Shown piece after piece: positions 1 through 8,499 of a stretch of 64,000 bases of DNA. The notes under the pieces are model-generated. The model was not told the DNA's origin. It worked only from the letters and a program-made list of their open reading frames with translations, and ran no database searches. This DNA is from Nitrospiraceae bacterium (GTDB taxonomy: Bacteria > Nitrospirota > Nitrospiria > Nitrospirales > Nitrospiraceae): assembly GCA_050246315.1 (NCBI GenBank), contig JBFWWG010000016.1, positions 18,193 to 82,192 of the forward strand. Reading direction: 5' to 3'. Within the stretch, counting starts at the first letter, position 1. Each line of letters begins with the position of its first letter. The translations under genes were made by a program, and so were the position numbers.

Positions 1-222
1 CCTTGGTGAGCCATTTCCATTCTGTGCATGCCGCGGCGAATCCCTCGCGCCCATCCCTTCCAGCCGAGGGTGCGGAGTATGTTGCGCCGCAACAGTACGA
101 AATATTGAATACGTGTTGGACTTGCAAGTAGACTTTCGTCCAAACAGGCCGCAGAAAACGTAGTACACTGGGGTCATTTCGGATATGAAGATCATCCAGG
201 TAGTTCCGAAGGCAAATGCAAG

Positions 223-486
223 GTGAGACTCAAAGCATTACTCAAGGCGAAGGAGCGAGCGCTTCGTGGCAGCGCCACAACGTTTGTGCGTCAGCGCGAA
301 GGAAGGTGGCACCACGAGAAGTATCGCGGTTGGATCAATTGGGATGAGGCCCAGGGCGGGGTTTTAGTCGCAGAAGTGAGAACCCTGAATCAGTCGGTCG
401 AGTGGCAACTGCTTCAGGCATTCATAGGCTACCTCGATCGCCACCTCTCGAGCCACATTGAATCGATCTCGATTACGTATCGATAG
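223..486 (+). CDS. Hypothetical protein; the true start may be the ATG at 185, separated by a frameshift
   Basis: 87-aa ORF with protein-like composition; an upstream ATG185 frame (MKIIQVVPKANAR*) stops at 224-226, overlapping the GTG start. Confidence 0.55.
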   Translation: MRLKALLKAKERALRGSATTFVRQREGRWHHEKYRGWINWDEAQGGVLVAEVRTLNQSVEWQLLQAFIGYLDRHLSSHIESISITYR

Positions 487-509
487 AAAATGAAGCTCTT
501 GGTGAGCTG

Positions 510-773
510 ATGAAGATATTCTTTTTCATGGGTCGGAATCCGATTACAAAGAGCGGAGTTAGCTGGAAGATTTGGAAGGTTGTTCGGCACGGCCGGTTGG
601 TTACGACATATTGGGGGTCTGTGAAACTCCATCGGAGAAAAGTAGTGCCAGGTGCACATATTCGGTCTAAGACGCGACGATTCATTAACCCTGCGGAAGC
701 TATTGCCTACGAGAGTAACCTGGTTACGTCAAAGATTAAGAAAGGATATCAGCGCCGTACACGTCGGCGCTGA
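510..773 (+). CDS. WGR-domain-like small basic protein
   Basis: W..V...G..V...WG motif and C-terminal KIKKGY, typical of WGR domains. Confidence 0.55.
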   Translation: MKIFFFMGRNPITKSGVSWKIWKVVRHGRLVTTYWGSVKLHRRKVVPGAHIRSKTRRFINPAEAIAYESNLVTSKIKKGYQRRTRRR

Positions 774-786
774 TATTTGGTGAGGC

Positions 787-856
787 GCCAATAGGGTCGG
801 CCAATAGCCAATAGGGTCGCAATAGCCAATAGGGTCGGGTCTTGCAATGCCACATT
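787..856 (+). repeat. Three copies of GCCAATAGGGTCG in a short tandem array
   Basis: Copies at 787-799, 807-819 and 825-837, the last running into GGTCTTGCAATGCCACATT. Confidence 0.8.
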
Positions 857-1143
857 GAGCAGGAAAAAGGAGGCCTTCTGAATTTCGTGGCATGATTCTC
901 GTGGCTCGGTATGAAGCCCAGAATATCCTCTGACCTACACAACCCGACTCAGTGGCGCGCCGTACCCGGGTGCAATAAGCTTATGACCGCGACAGCTCCT
1001 CCAGAAGTCAGAAAAGCGGGACATTCTGAATTCTTGGAAGTAATTCCCAGCTGTCTCGGCACGAACACCAGCATGTCCGCTTAAGTCCTCGCTAGAGTCA
1101 TCTGGCATGGTCTCGGCCAGGCGGTGCGCTCAGCCCCACATTT

Positions 1144-2799
1144 TTAGGCGCCAACCAGCATGTGCCTCGGCAGTCCTTTGAGCAGCCACGATTGGTTCTC
1201 ATAGACAAACTGGTTTCGTTGCCGAACCAAAGTCGACACGATTTGGTCGCGGAGTTGGCCCAGTTGTGGATAGGTTCGACACTCGTAGTCCTCGTGCTGG
1301 CAACTCGCGGCAATGTCCTCCACAACGGAAAACAAGATGTTGTTGCTGAACCTAGTCAAGGCGCTCAACGAGGTCTTGTAGGCCTCCAGGTCGGCAAATG
1401 GCTCGAAGAGTCGTTCCATCACGAAAACTTCATGCCACGCATGGTTCATCATTGCCGCGACGCAGTCCGATCCCCTGACCCAATCTCCTACTGTTTTTCC
1501 TATGGCCTCATAGCAAAGCGCAATCCGCGGATCAAGAAAATCGTAGTCAGGATTGCACACGTCACCGTTGAATCGGCCCTGCGTCATTAAGGTCTCCTTA
1601 ATGGGAGTGCCGTCATAGGGCAACATTTTGCAGAAGACCGCCGCAACGCTCCCGTCGTCTACAATCTGCCGCAGAAAGCCTATGTTTTCTTTGATCGATT
1701 CAAAGCTGCTCGATGGATCAAATAACATGAACCCAAATTCCCACATGAGCCCTAGCCCCTTGAGCGTTTGGACCGCTCTCAGATTTTGCTCCACCGTGAT
1801 TTCCTTGTTGAGGACGTCCAACCCATCCTCCGATCCCGACTCCAAGCCCATGTAGACCAGGTACAAACCGGCCTCGCGCAGCGTGGTAAACAGCTCGGAT
1901 TCCACCACGTCGGCTCGGCAACTGATCTTCCAAATGACTCTCCCGACCAGTTCTTGCCGATGTAGCTCCTCGACGAAACCGAGAGCCCAACGACGCCACG
2001 ATGGGCCGAAAAGCGGAAAGTCATCATCCTGGAAGAGGAAGATCGTGATCCCCTGATCGTGATATAGCGCTTTCATCTCCCGCACCACTTCGGAACTCTT
2101 CCGAATTCGGACCACCCGCCCCGGGGCGGCACGATAAAACATGTGAATGGAGCAGAAGGAGCAGGTGCGTGAGCAACCGCGTGAGGCCAGGATGGGAAGG
2201 GTCCGTTGCCCCAAGATAGTAGTCGGCTCGTACTGTCTGTAGGGAAAGGGCAAGGCATCAAGGTTATCCAAGAGGCGCCGGAGAGGGTTTGAGACGACTC
2301 TGCCGTCCCGGCGATAGGCGACGCCCTCAATCGTTTTCCACTCGCCGGCATGGATTAAGGATTCCACCAGTTCAAGCAGCGTCAGTTCCCCTTCAAATCG
2401 GACCACACTGTCTACCTCCGGAATCAGCTCAAGAGTTCGCTCATGACTCAAACTGGGAAAGTGCCCGCCGATGGTGAAATGGCAATGCACACCGTGATCC
2501 CGCAGGTAGTGCATCAGCGAACGAAACCGTGGGAGGTAAAACTGGAAGATCAGCGAGAACCCGACGACAACGGGATCTTCAGCTTGAATAATCGTCAAGA
2601 TCTTGTCCGCCGGATCTTCAAAATCGAGGACGGTCACGCGGTAGCCGCGATGCATCAGAGTAGAGGCGAGATAACCAATTCCAAGATTGCCTTGTTTCTG
2701 AAACCCGATCAAGACAACGGGTTTGGTGGCCTCGTGTTTTTCCAGTGGACGTAAGCGAGACAAGCTTTCTATCCCGTTAAGCACGGTGAGTGAAGACAT
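1144..2799 (-). CDS. Cobalamin (B12)-binding radical SAM protein
   Basis: N-terminal B12-binding domain (NLGIGYLAS...VVGFS...IGGHFPS), SRGCSRTCSFC (CxxxCxxC), FQDDDF, GLESG; GGAGGAGG RBS before ATG at 2799. Confidence 0.9.
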   Translation of the reverse strand: MSSLTVLNGIESLSRLRPLEKHEATKPVVLIGFQKQGNLGIGYLASTLMHRGYRVTVLDFEDPADKILTIIQAEDPVVVGFSLIFQFYLPRFRSLMHYLRDHGVHCHFTIGGHFPSLSHERTLELIPEVDSVVRFEGELTLLELVESLIHAGEWKTIEGVAYRRDGRVVSNPLRRLLDNLDALPFPYRQYEPTTILGQRTLPILASRGCSRTCSFCSIHMFYRAAPGRVVRIRKSSEVVREMKALYHDQGITIFLFQDDDFPLFGPSWRRWALGFVEELHRQELVGRVIWKISCRADVVESELFTTLREAGLYLVYMGLESGSEDGLDVLNKEITVEQNLRAVQTLKGLGLMWEFGFMLFDPSSSFESIKENIGFLRQIVDDGSVAAVFCKMLPYDGTPIKETLMTQGRFNGDVCNPDYDFLDPRIALCYEAIGKTVGDWVRGSDCVAAMMNHAWHEVFVMERLFEPFADLEAYKTSLSALTRFSNNILFSVVEDIAASCQHEDYECRTYPQLGQLRDQIVSTLVRQRNQFVYENQSWLLKGLPRHMLVGA

Positions 2800-2886
2800 A
2801 GTCTCCTCCTCCTGTCTGGCCGCATCTAGGCCTAGCGGCATTACAGTTCGTCGTGTGCTCGGAAATGGATGCAGAGCGAGGTCCCC

Positions 2887-2932
2887 GGAAAGGGAGCGGC
2901 GCAAGACCGGGGGTGGCCTCCACTCCCTCCCC
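2887..2932 (-). promoter_or_regulatory. GC-rich intergenic stem-loop between the peptide gene and the radical SAM gene
   Basis: On the minus strand GGGGAGGGAGTGG pairs with CCGCTCCCTTTCC (13 bp, including G-U pairs). Confidence 0.55.
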
Positions 2933-2951
2933 GCAGGGATCGCGGGCGCAA

Positions 2952-3188
2952 TTACTTACCGCCAAATTTCCTGACTACTTCCATCGATTGCTCGATGGCC
3001 TTGATGTTTTGCTGCAGTATGGCCCGTTGAGTCTCTAGCTGAACCAAAGCCAGTTGAGACAGGGCCTCTTTCGGCAGAGTCACGCGCTCGAAAAACCACC
3101 AAGGCACTGGATCCCAATTAATTGGCACTCGCCACTTAAACACTTCCGACAGCGACTGTTCGGGATTGAGGATTGGTTTCTCCATCAT
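2952..3188 (-). CDS. 78-aa peptide with a WRVPINWDPVPWW motif; candidate RiPP precursor or radical SAM substrate
   Basis: GAAGGGAGGG RBS, TATAAT upstream (3252-3257, minus strand), co-oriented immediately upstream of the radical SAM gene. Confidence 0.75.
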   Translation of the reverse strand: MMEKPILNPEQSLSEVFKWRVPINWDPVPWWFFERVTLPKEALSQLALVQLETQRAILQQNIKAIEQSMEVVRKFGGK

Positions 3189-3354
3189 GCCCTCCCTTCA
3201 ACAGCTAGATTAGACTTCGCGATCATCGTGATCGCTTGTACCCCCGGCCGCATTATACATACAAAGGAGTCGGCTTGCGTCCCTCATTCTGTGAGATGGG
3301 TGTAACCTCACACTGTGAGGTGGTGTTGCCCAGACGAACCTGGGGCCATCCCAC

Positions 3355-3388
3355 TGTGCAGAATGCAAGTATGTGCAGAATGCAAGTA
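3355..3388. repeat. Perfect 17-bp tandem duplication TGTGCAGAATGCAAGTA x2
   Basis: Seen directly in the sequence. Confidence 0.9.
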
Positions 3389-3714
3389 CGCGGCCAGCAA
3401 TGCCGTTAGAGGGACGTGCGCATTACCAGGTAAATAGCCACGGAAAAATAGGAGTATTTTGAGAGTGCGGTGTATGCGATTCGATACATACGTATCTAAA
3501 TGGACACGATGGCAGAATGTCCAGGATGGCAACCGAATCCTGGGCTGCGGGATGACCAAACGGCAGACTGAATGTCTCCATCCACAATTGGCTGCGGGGA
3601 AGAGATCGTCGAGGTAGTGTGGCGGGGTCGGATGTTCGTCGTGCGATGATCGCGGTCCTCGATCCATCCGTAAAGATCGGATCCTGACCCGGGTTCGAGC
3701 ACCCGCCGCCTTGT

Positions 3715-3744
3715 TTGACAGTCTGCGGAGGCCTGTGTTACGGT
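3715..3744 (+). promoter_or_regulatory. Putative sigma70 promoter for the rpsF operon
   Basis: TTGACA, 18-bp spacer, TGn-TACGGT. Confidence 0.5.
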
Positions 3745-3773
3745 CGCACGGTTTTTGACATATTCGATTCCTA

Positions 3774-3816
3774 TCCCTCGCTCCGCTCTATGAAGTGGGG
3801 CCATTAGTCCAGGAGG
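3774..3816 (+). promoter_or_regulatory. S6:S18-binding leader RNA (rpsF autoregulatory element)
   Basis: CCCTCG, CTCCGCT/AGTGGGG hairpin, CCA, then AGGAGG: the stem/CCR/SD-pairing architecture of the S6:S18 motif, directly before rpsF. Confidence 0.65.
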
Positions 3817-3824
3817 ATGACTGC

Positions 3825-4166
3825 ATGGAGCTCTACGAGTCTCTCTTTATTATCCGTCCGTCGCTGACAGACGAGGAAACCACCGCGCTCATCGAGAAGA
3901 TGAAAGGGGTGGCAGAGCGGGCGGGCGCCAACTTCCAAAAAGTCGAAAACTGGGGCCGCCGGAAGCTCGCCTATGAAGTGAAGCGCGAGCGCAAGGGCAC
4001 CTACGCCTACTTCTATTTCAAAGGGCCGGGTCCGGTCGTCGGCGAATTGGAACGGGCCTATCGTCTGGAAGATTCGATCCTGAAGTTCTTGAGCGTTCGA
4101 TTGGAAAAGGAACTTGCGGCGCCGGCGACAGGCCAGCCGCAGGAGAGCCACAGTGAACGGGTTTAA
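3825..4166 (+). CDS. rpsF: 30S ribosomal protein S6
   Basis: MELYESLFIIRP...WGRRKLAYEV; AGGAGG RBS. Confidence 0.97.
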   Translation: MELYESLFIIRPSLTDEETTALIEKMKGVAERAGANFQKVENWGRRKLAYEVKRERKGTYAYFYFKGPGPVVGELERAYRLEDSILKFLSVRLEKELAAPATGQPQESHSERV

Positions 4167-4557
4167 CAAGGTCATTCTCATCGGAAACCTGACGCGCAAT
4201 CCCGAGTTGCGCTATACGCCGAGCGGGACCCCGGTCGGGAGTTTCGCGCTGGCCGTGAATCGCCGGTTCCGGCAGGGCGAGGAATTGAAGGACGAGGTCT
4301 GTTACATCGACATCGTCGTATTCGGCAAGCAGGCCGAACATTGCGGGCAATATTTAAGCAAAGGAAACGGCGTGATTGTCGAAGGCCGGCTCCAGCAGCG
4401 TCGATGGGAGACGGAAGACGGGCAGAAACGGAGCAAGCACGAAGTCGTGGCTCAATCCGTGACCTTCCTTCCCAAGCGGCAGGACGGCGGCGGGGGCGGA
4501 ACCGAACCGGGCGCGCCGGATGATGCGCCGGCTTACGAATACGAAGAACAATTGTAA
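4153..4557 (+). CDS. ssb: Single-stranded DNA-binding protein
   Basis: NKVILIGNLTRNPELRYTPSG; GTG start with AGGAG RBS; lies between rpsF and rpsR. Confidence 0.96.
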   Translation: MNGFNKVILIGNLTRNPELRYTPSGTPVGSFALAVNRRFRQGEELKDEVCYIDIVVFGKQAEHCGQYLSKGNGVIVEGRLQQRRWETEDGQKRSKHEVVAQSVTFLPKRQDGGGGGTEPGAPDDAPAYEYEEQL

Positions 4558-4575
4558 GGTTGGGAGGACGCGAGC

Positions 4576-4803
4576 ATGGAGCGAGGCGGACGCTTACTTC
4601 GTCGCAAGAATTGCCGGTTTTGTGTGGAGAAGGTGCCGATCGATTTCAAGGACGTGCCGATGATGAAGAGCTTCTTGACGGAGCGCGGACGGATCGTGCC
4701 CCGGCGGATGTCGGGCAACTGCCTGCGTCATCAGCGGGAATTGACCACCGCGGTAAAGCGTGCCCGGCATATTGCGTTGGTGTCCTTCGCCGAGGAACGC
4801 TGA
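4576..4803 (+). CDS. rpsR: 30S ribosomal protein S18 (Zn-binding form)
   Basis: CRFC...IDFKD...ERGRIVPRR...[13 protein letters not shown]. Confidence 0.97.
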   Translation: MERGGRLLRRKNCRFCVEKVPIDFKDVPMMKSFLTERGRIVPRRMSGNCLRHQRELTTAVKRARHIALVSFAEER

Positions 4804-4808
4804 TTGTG

Positions 4809-5417
4809 ATGCCGGTGTTGGAGCGCGTCGGTTCGGCGACCATGGAGCGCAACGATCTGACATATACGGTCTCCGAGATTCTGGCGGACGGTCTGCATGT
4901 GGACGAGACGCTTACGGGGACGGACCTCGACCTGAGTCAGGGCGACACGCCGATCACGGGGGCGTTGCACCTTCGGATGGATCTTTCCCTCGACGACGCC
5001 CATGTCTCGGTGCAAGGTACGATCACCGGCGAGACGACTCGCCAGTGCGTCCGCTGCTTGAAGGAATTCATCGATCCCCTGGCCGTGCGGTTTGCGGCCG
5101 ATTATTTCAAGAAGCAAGCGAAGGGTCGGAAGTTGACACGCCAGGCATCAGGCGACACGTCCGAGCCGGAGGCTACCGGTGGTGCCAGCGAAGACGCCTA
5201 TGAATATTCAGGCGACGAGATCGACCTGGTCCCTATGTTGCGCGAGCAAGTGATCCTGGCGGAACCAATGCACCCGCTCTGCCGCGAGGAGTGCCTTGGA
5301 CTTTGCCCGGTCTGTGGGCGGGATCGTAATATGGGCGCGTGCGGGTGCCACGAACCGAGCGAAGGGAATCTGGCCGAGAAGATTCGATCGGCGCAGCGAT
5401 CGCTGAAACGATCGTAA
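4809..5417 (+). CDS. yceD: YceD/DUF177 family protein (start uncertain, 4809 or 4842)
   Basis: CVRCL and PLCREECLGLCPVCG...C.C motifs; upstream of rpmF. Confidence 0.88.
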   Translation: MPVLERVGSATMERNDLTYTVSEILADGLHVDETLTGTDLDLSQGDTPITGALHLRMDLSLDDAHVSVQGTITGETTRQCVRCLKEFIDPLAVRFAADYFKKQAKGRKLTRQASGDTSEPEATGGASEDAYEYSGDEIDLVPMLREQVILAEPMHPLCREECLGLCPVCGRDRNMGACGCHEPSEGNLAEKIRSAQRSLKRS

Positions 5418-5511
5418 CGCGGGTTTCGGCGGGTGCCGTTCCTGCGATGCGGGCCCCCGGAACGATCATGAACCGGTCATCAACGGAAACGAGAGCTGAA
5501 GCGAGACCACC

Positions 5512-5697
5512 ATGCCAAATCCAAAACACAAACATTCGCGTGCGCGGCGGGATCAACGGCGAACGGCCAAGGTGAAGATTGTTCCGCCTGGCTTCTCCCT
5601 CTGCCCGCAGTGCCACGAACTCAAATTGCCCCATCGCGTGTGCCTCAACTGCGGGACCTATAAGGGCAAGGCGATCATCGCCGTCGAAGAGTCATAG
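5512..5697 (+). CDS. rpmF: 50S ribosomal protein L32
   Basis: MPNPKHKHSRARRDQRR...CPQC...PHRVCLNCGTY. Confidence 0.97.
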   Translation: MPNPKHKHSRARRDQRRTAKVKIVPPGFSLCPQCHELKLPHRVCLNCGTYKGKAIIAVEES

Positions 5698-5912
5698 CAG
5701 GGTGTTGAAAAAGTCCGCCAGCCGGGTACCCGCTTGGCAGGTGATCGCGTCGCGGAGAAGCGCACCGGTTTTGACTCGTTGCATGAGGAAGAGCAACGGG
5801 TACCCCGAGCACGGCTCGCCGCTTCGCTCACTGGGGCTGAGTTCGTGGAAAAGGCACGTCTTGACGCGCCGGAGTCGGCGGATGAGAAGGCGGGCCTTTC
5901 TGAACACCCTGC
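5697..5912. mobile_element. MITE-like element with imperfect terminal inverted repeats
   Basis: GCAGGGTGTTGAAAAAGTCCGCC ... GGCGGGCCTTTCTGAACACCCTGC; the left end recurs at about 18569. Confidence 0.7.
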
Positions 5913-5979
5913 GAGGCGTCTTCGATGCCATCCGTGATCGGTCGTCTTCAGAGACGGTCGCGCGCCTTTCGTCGATCCC

Positions 5980-7011
5980 ATGAAGATAGCTGTTGATGCG
6001 ATGGGGGGGGACCACGGTCCTGCTCCCAACGTCGAAGGTGCCATCCAGGCTGCGAGCGAATTGGATGTCGCGGTCGTCCTGGTCGGCGATGAAGCCCAGC
6101 TTCAAGCGCATCTTCAGCGCGTGGGCTGCCGCGATTCTCGCATCACCATCCGCCACGCGCCGCAAGTGGTGGAGATGCATGAATCCCCCGCTCAGGTGGC
6201 GCGAAAAAAGCGTCAATCCTCGGTCTGGATCGCCACGGGGTTGGTCAAAGGCGGAGAGGCGGCGGCGGTCATCAGCGCAGGCAATACCGGCGCGGCGATG
6301 GTTGCCGCCTTTTTCGTGCTCGAGTTGACCAAGGGCGTCGAACGTCCCGCCATCGCCACCATGCTGCCGACGCTGACTGGCCATGCCGTGATGTTGGACG
6401 TCGGGGCCAATGTCGATTGCACCGCCAACCATCTCGAACAATTCGCCCTGATGGGTAACGAGTACGCCAAGCACGTACTGGATAAGGCCAACCCGCGTGT
6501 CGGCCTGTTGAGCATCGGGGAAGAGGATTCCAAGGGGAACGAGGTCACGAAAGAAGCCTTCAAGCTGCTTAAGGCGAGCCCCATCAACTTCATCGGCAAC
6601 GTGGAGGGACGCGACGTTTACAGCGGCGAGGCCGACGTGGTCGTGTGCGACGGCTTTATCGGCAATGTCGCGCTCAAGATCTCCGAAGGAGTCGCGGACA
6701 CGATCAAAAAGTTGTTGCTCAAGGAAATCGGCGGGTCGTTCCTCGGGCGCATGGCCTATCCGCTTATCGCGGCCCCCCTGCGCAAGCTCAAGCGCAAGAT
6801 CGATTATGCGGAGTTCGGCGGCGCGCCATTGCTGGGTGTGAACGGCATCTGTATGATCTGCCACGGACGATCGTCGGCAAAGGCGATCAAGAACGCCATT
6901 CGCCGGGCCAAATCGCTGGCGGAAAGCCGGATGACGGATCTAATCCGCCAAGATATTGAAGAAAGCCTCGGCCGCCATCGGCAGGAGGCGCAGCACGAAG
7001 CCAGCGCATGA
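5980..7011 (+). CDS. plsX: Phosphate acyltransferase PlsX
   Basis: IAVDAMGGD, SAGNTGA, LDVGAN, VVCDGFIGN, HGRS. Confidence 0.97.
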   Translation: MKIAVDAMGGDHGPAPNVEGAIQAASELDVAVVLVGDEAQLQAHLQRVGCRDSRITIRHAPQVVEMHESPAQVARKKRQSSVWIATGLVKGGEAAAVISAGNTGAAMVAAFFVLELTKGVERPAIATMLPTLTGHAVMLDVGANVDCTANHLEQFALMGNEYAKHVLDKANPRVGLLSIGEEDSKGNEVTKEAFKLLKASPINFIGNVEGRDVYSGEADVVVCDGFIGNVALKISEGVADTIKKLLLKEIGGSFLGRMAYPLIAAPLRKLKRKIDYAEFGGAPLLGVNGICMICHGRSSAKAIKNAIRRAKSLAESRMTDLIRQDIEESLGRHRQEAQHEASA

Positions 7012-7982
7012 ACGCACGCATCATCGGCACCGGGTCCTACGTCCCAGCCCGGGTCATGACCAATGCTCATCTGGAGCAACTGGTCGCCACCTCGGATCAC
7101 TGGATCAGCGAACGGACCGGCATTCGCGAACGCCGCATCGCGGCGACCGGGGAGGCCTGCTCCGATTTGGGGTTGCAGGCGGCGGAGAAGGCGCTCAAGG
7201 CTTCCGGTCTGTCCGCCGGCGATCTGGACCTCATTCTCGTCGCGACCTGCACGCCCGATTCGCTGTTGCCTGCGACGGCCTGTCTGATCCAACATCGCTT
7301 GGGAGCGACTCGTGCGGCGGCTTTTGATATTTCCGCGGCCTGCTGCGGGTTCGTCTACGCCTTGGGCGTGGCCAATGCCTACATCAAGACCGGCTTCCGT
7401 CATGTGCTGGTCATCGGGTCGGAGGTCATGTCCGCCATCACCGATTGGACCGACCGCAATACCTGTGTCCTGTTCGGAGACGGGGCCGGGGCAGCGGTCC
7501 TGAGTACGACAGAAGAAGCCCGAGGCGTGTTGTCGACCCACCTCCATGCGGACGGCGGCCTCTGGGACTTGATTCATGTGCCGGGCGGCGGGTCTCGCAT
7601 CCCGCCCTCCGAAAATATGCTGGAGGCGCGCCAACAGTACATCAAGATGAAGGGCAACGAGACCTTCAAGGTCGCAGTGCGGACCCTCGAAGAGGTCGCT
7701 CGCGAAACCCTTGCGCACCATCACGTCTCGGTCGATCAGATCGATCTGTACGTACCACACCAAGCCAATGCCAGGATTCTCAAGGCCGTGGCGGAACGGT
7801 TGGGGCTGCCGGCCCACAAGATCATGATGAATGTGGATCGGTACGGGAACACGTCTGCCGCGTCGATTCCGATCGCGCTCGATGAAGCGGTGCGAGGAGG
7901 ACGGATTCAAGCCGGGAGTCTGGTGCTGCTAGGGGCTTTCGGTGCGGGTCTGACCTGGGCCTCCGCGTTGATTCGATGGTGA
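7008..7982 (+). CDS. fabH: 3-oxoacyl-ACP synthase III
   Basis: AACCGF, FGDGAGA, PHQAN, GNTSAASIP, GAGLTW. Confidence 0.97.
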   Translation: MNARIIGTGSYVPARVMTNAHLEQLVATSDHWISERTGIRERRIAATGEACSDLGLQAAEKALKASGLSAGDLDLILVATCTPDSLLPATACLIQHRLGATRAAAFDISAACCGFVYALGVANAYIKTGFRHVLVIGSEVMSAITDWTDRNTCVLFGDGAGAAVLSTTEEARGVLSTHLHADGGLWDLIHVPGGGSRIPPSENMLEARQQYIKMKGNETFKVAVRTLEEVARETLAHHHVSVDQIDLYVPHQANARILKAVAERLGLPAHKIMMNVDRYGNTSAASIPIALDEAVRGGRIQAGSLVLLGAFGAGLTWASALIRW

Positions 7983-8105
7983 CAGGGTCGGTACTGTCAA
8001 GGCGGCGAGTTGCCGAGGTGATGCAGACGCCGCCTTGGGGGTCGTAGGGTGTCGGACTGTCAGTTTTTCCCGTTGACAAGTAGTGGTCTTTCCACCATAT
8101 CTTAG

Positions 8106-8488
8106 CCCACATTATTCATGAGCCCTTCTCCTGCAATCGCTGATACGCCGCTGGGCACCTGTTGCCCTCAGATTGCCACGGGTCTCTGGATCGCATGCGA
8201 AGTCGAAGAGAATGGGCTTCTCCGCCGCGATATGATCGAACGCGGCGCTTCAAGCGAAAGCCCGATATCATGGGCAGGCGCACCCCTCGTGGCCTCGACA
8301 TACGGTTTGAAGTACGCCTCAGTCCCTCCGAGGTCCGTGCGACGGTACCCATTGCGACGAGGTATCCGATGCTCTCCCCTGTGCAAGGGGTCGAGGCAGA
8401 GGATCCGTCGCTTGGTGTGTTCGGGTACCCGTTGTTCTGAACAGGCAACGGGTGAAATGTCATGAACCGTCATGAACAATAATGTGGG
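8106..8488. mobile_element. 383-bp MITE-like insertion upstream of fabD
   Basis: Terminal inverted repeats CCCACATTATT / AATAATGTGGG with TTAG on both flanks (8102-8105 and 8489-8492); many internal hairpins; no convincing ORF. Confidence 0.7.
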
Positions 8489-8499
8489 TTAGCTGAGCC

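Noticed and set aside
787..856. Short repeats as a CRISPR array
   Set aside because: Units are 13 bp with 5-7 bp near-identical spacers, and there are no cas genes.
3308..3804. Minus-strand ORFs 3308-3667 and 3496-3804
   Set aside because: No recognisable motifs or RBS; they overlap the rpsF promoter and leader.
8106..8488. tmRNA or RNase P RNA (similar size)
   Set aside because: No tRNA-like GGGG...CCA ends and no GAGGAAAGUCC motif on either strand; TIRs plus a flanking duplication fit an insertion better.
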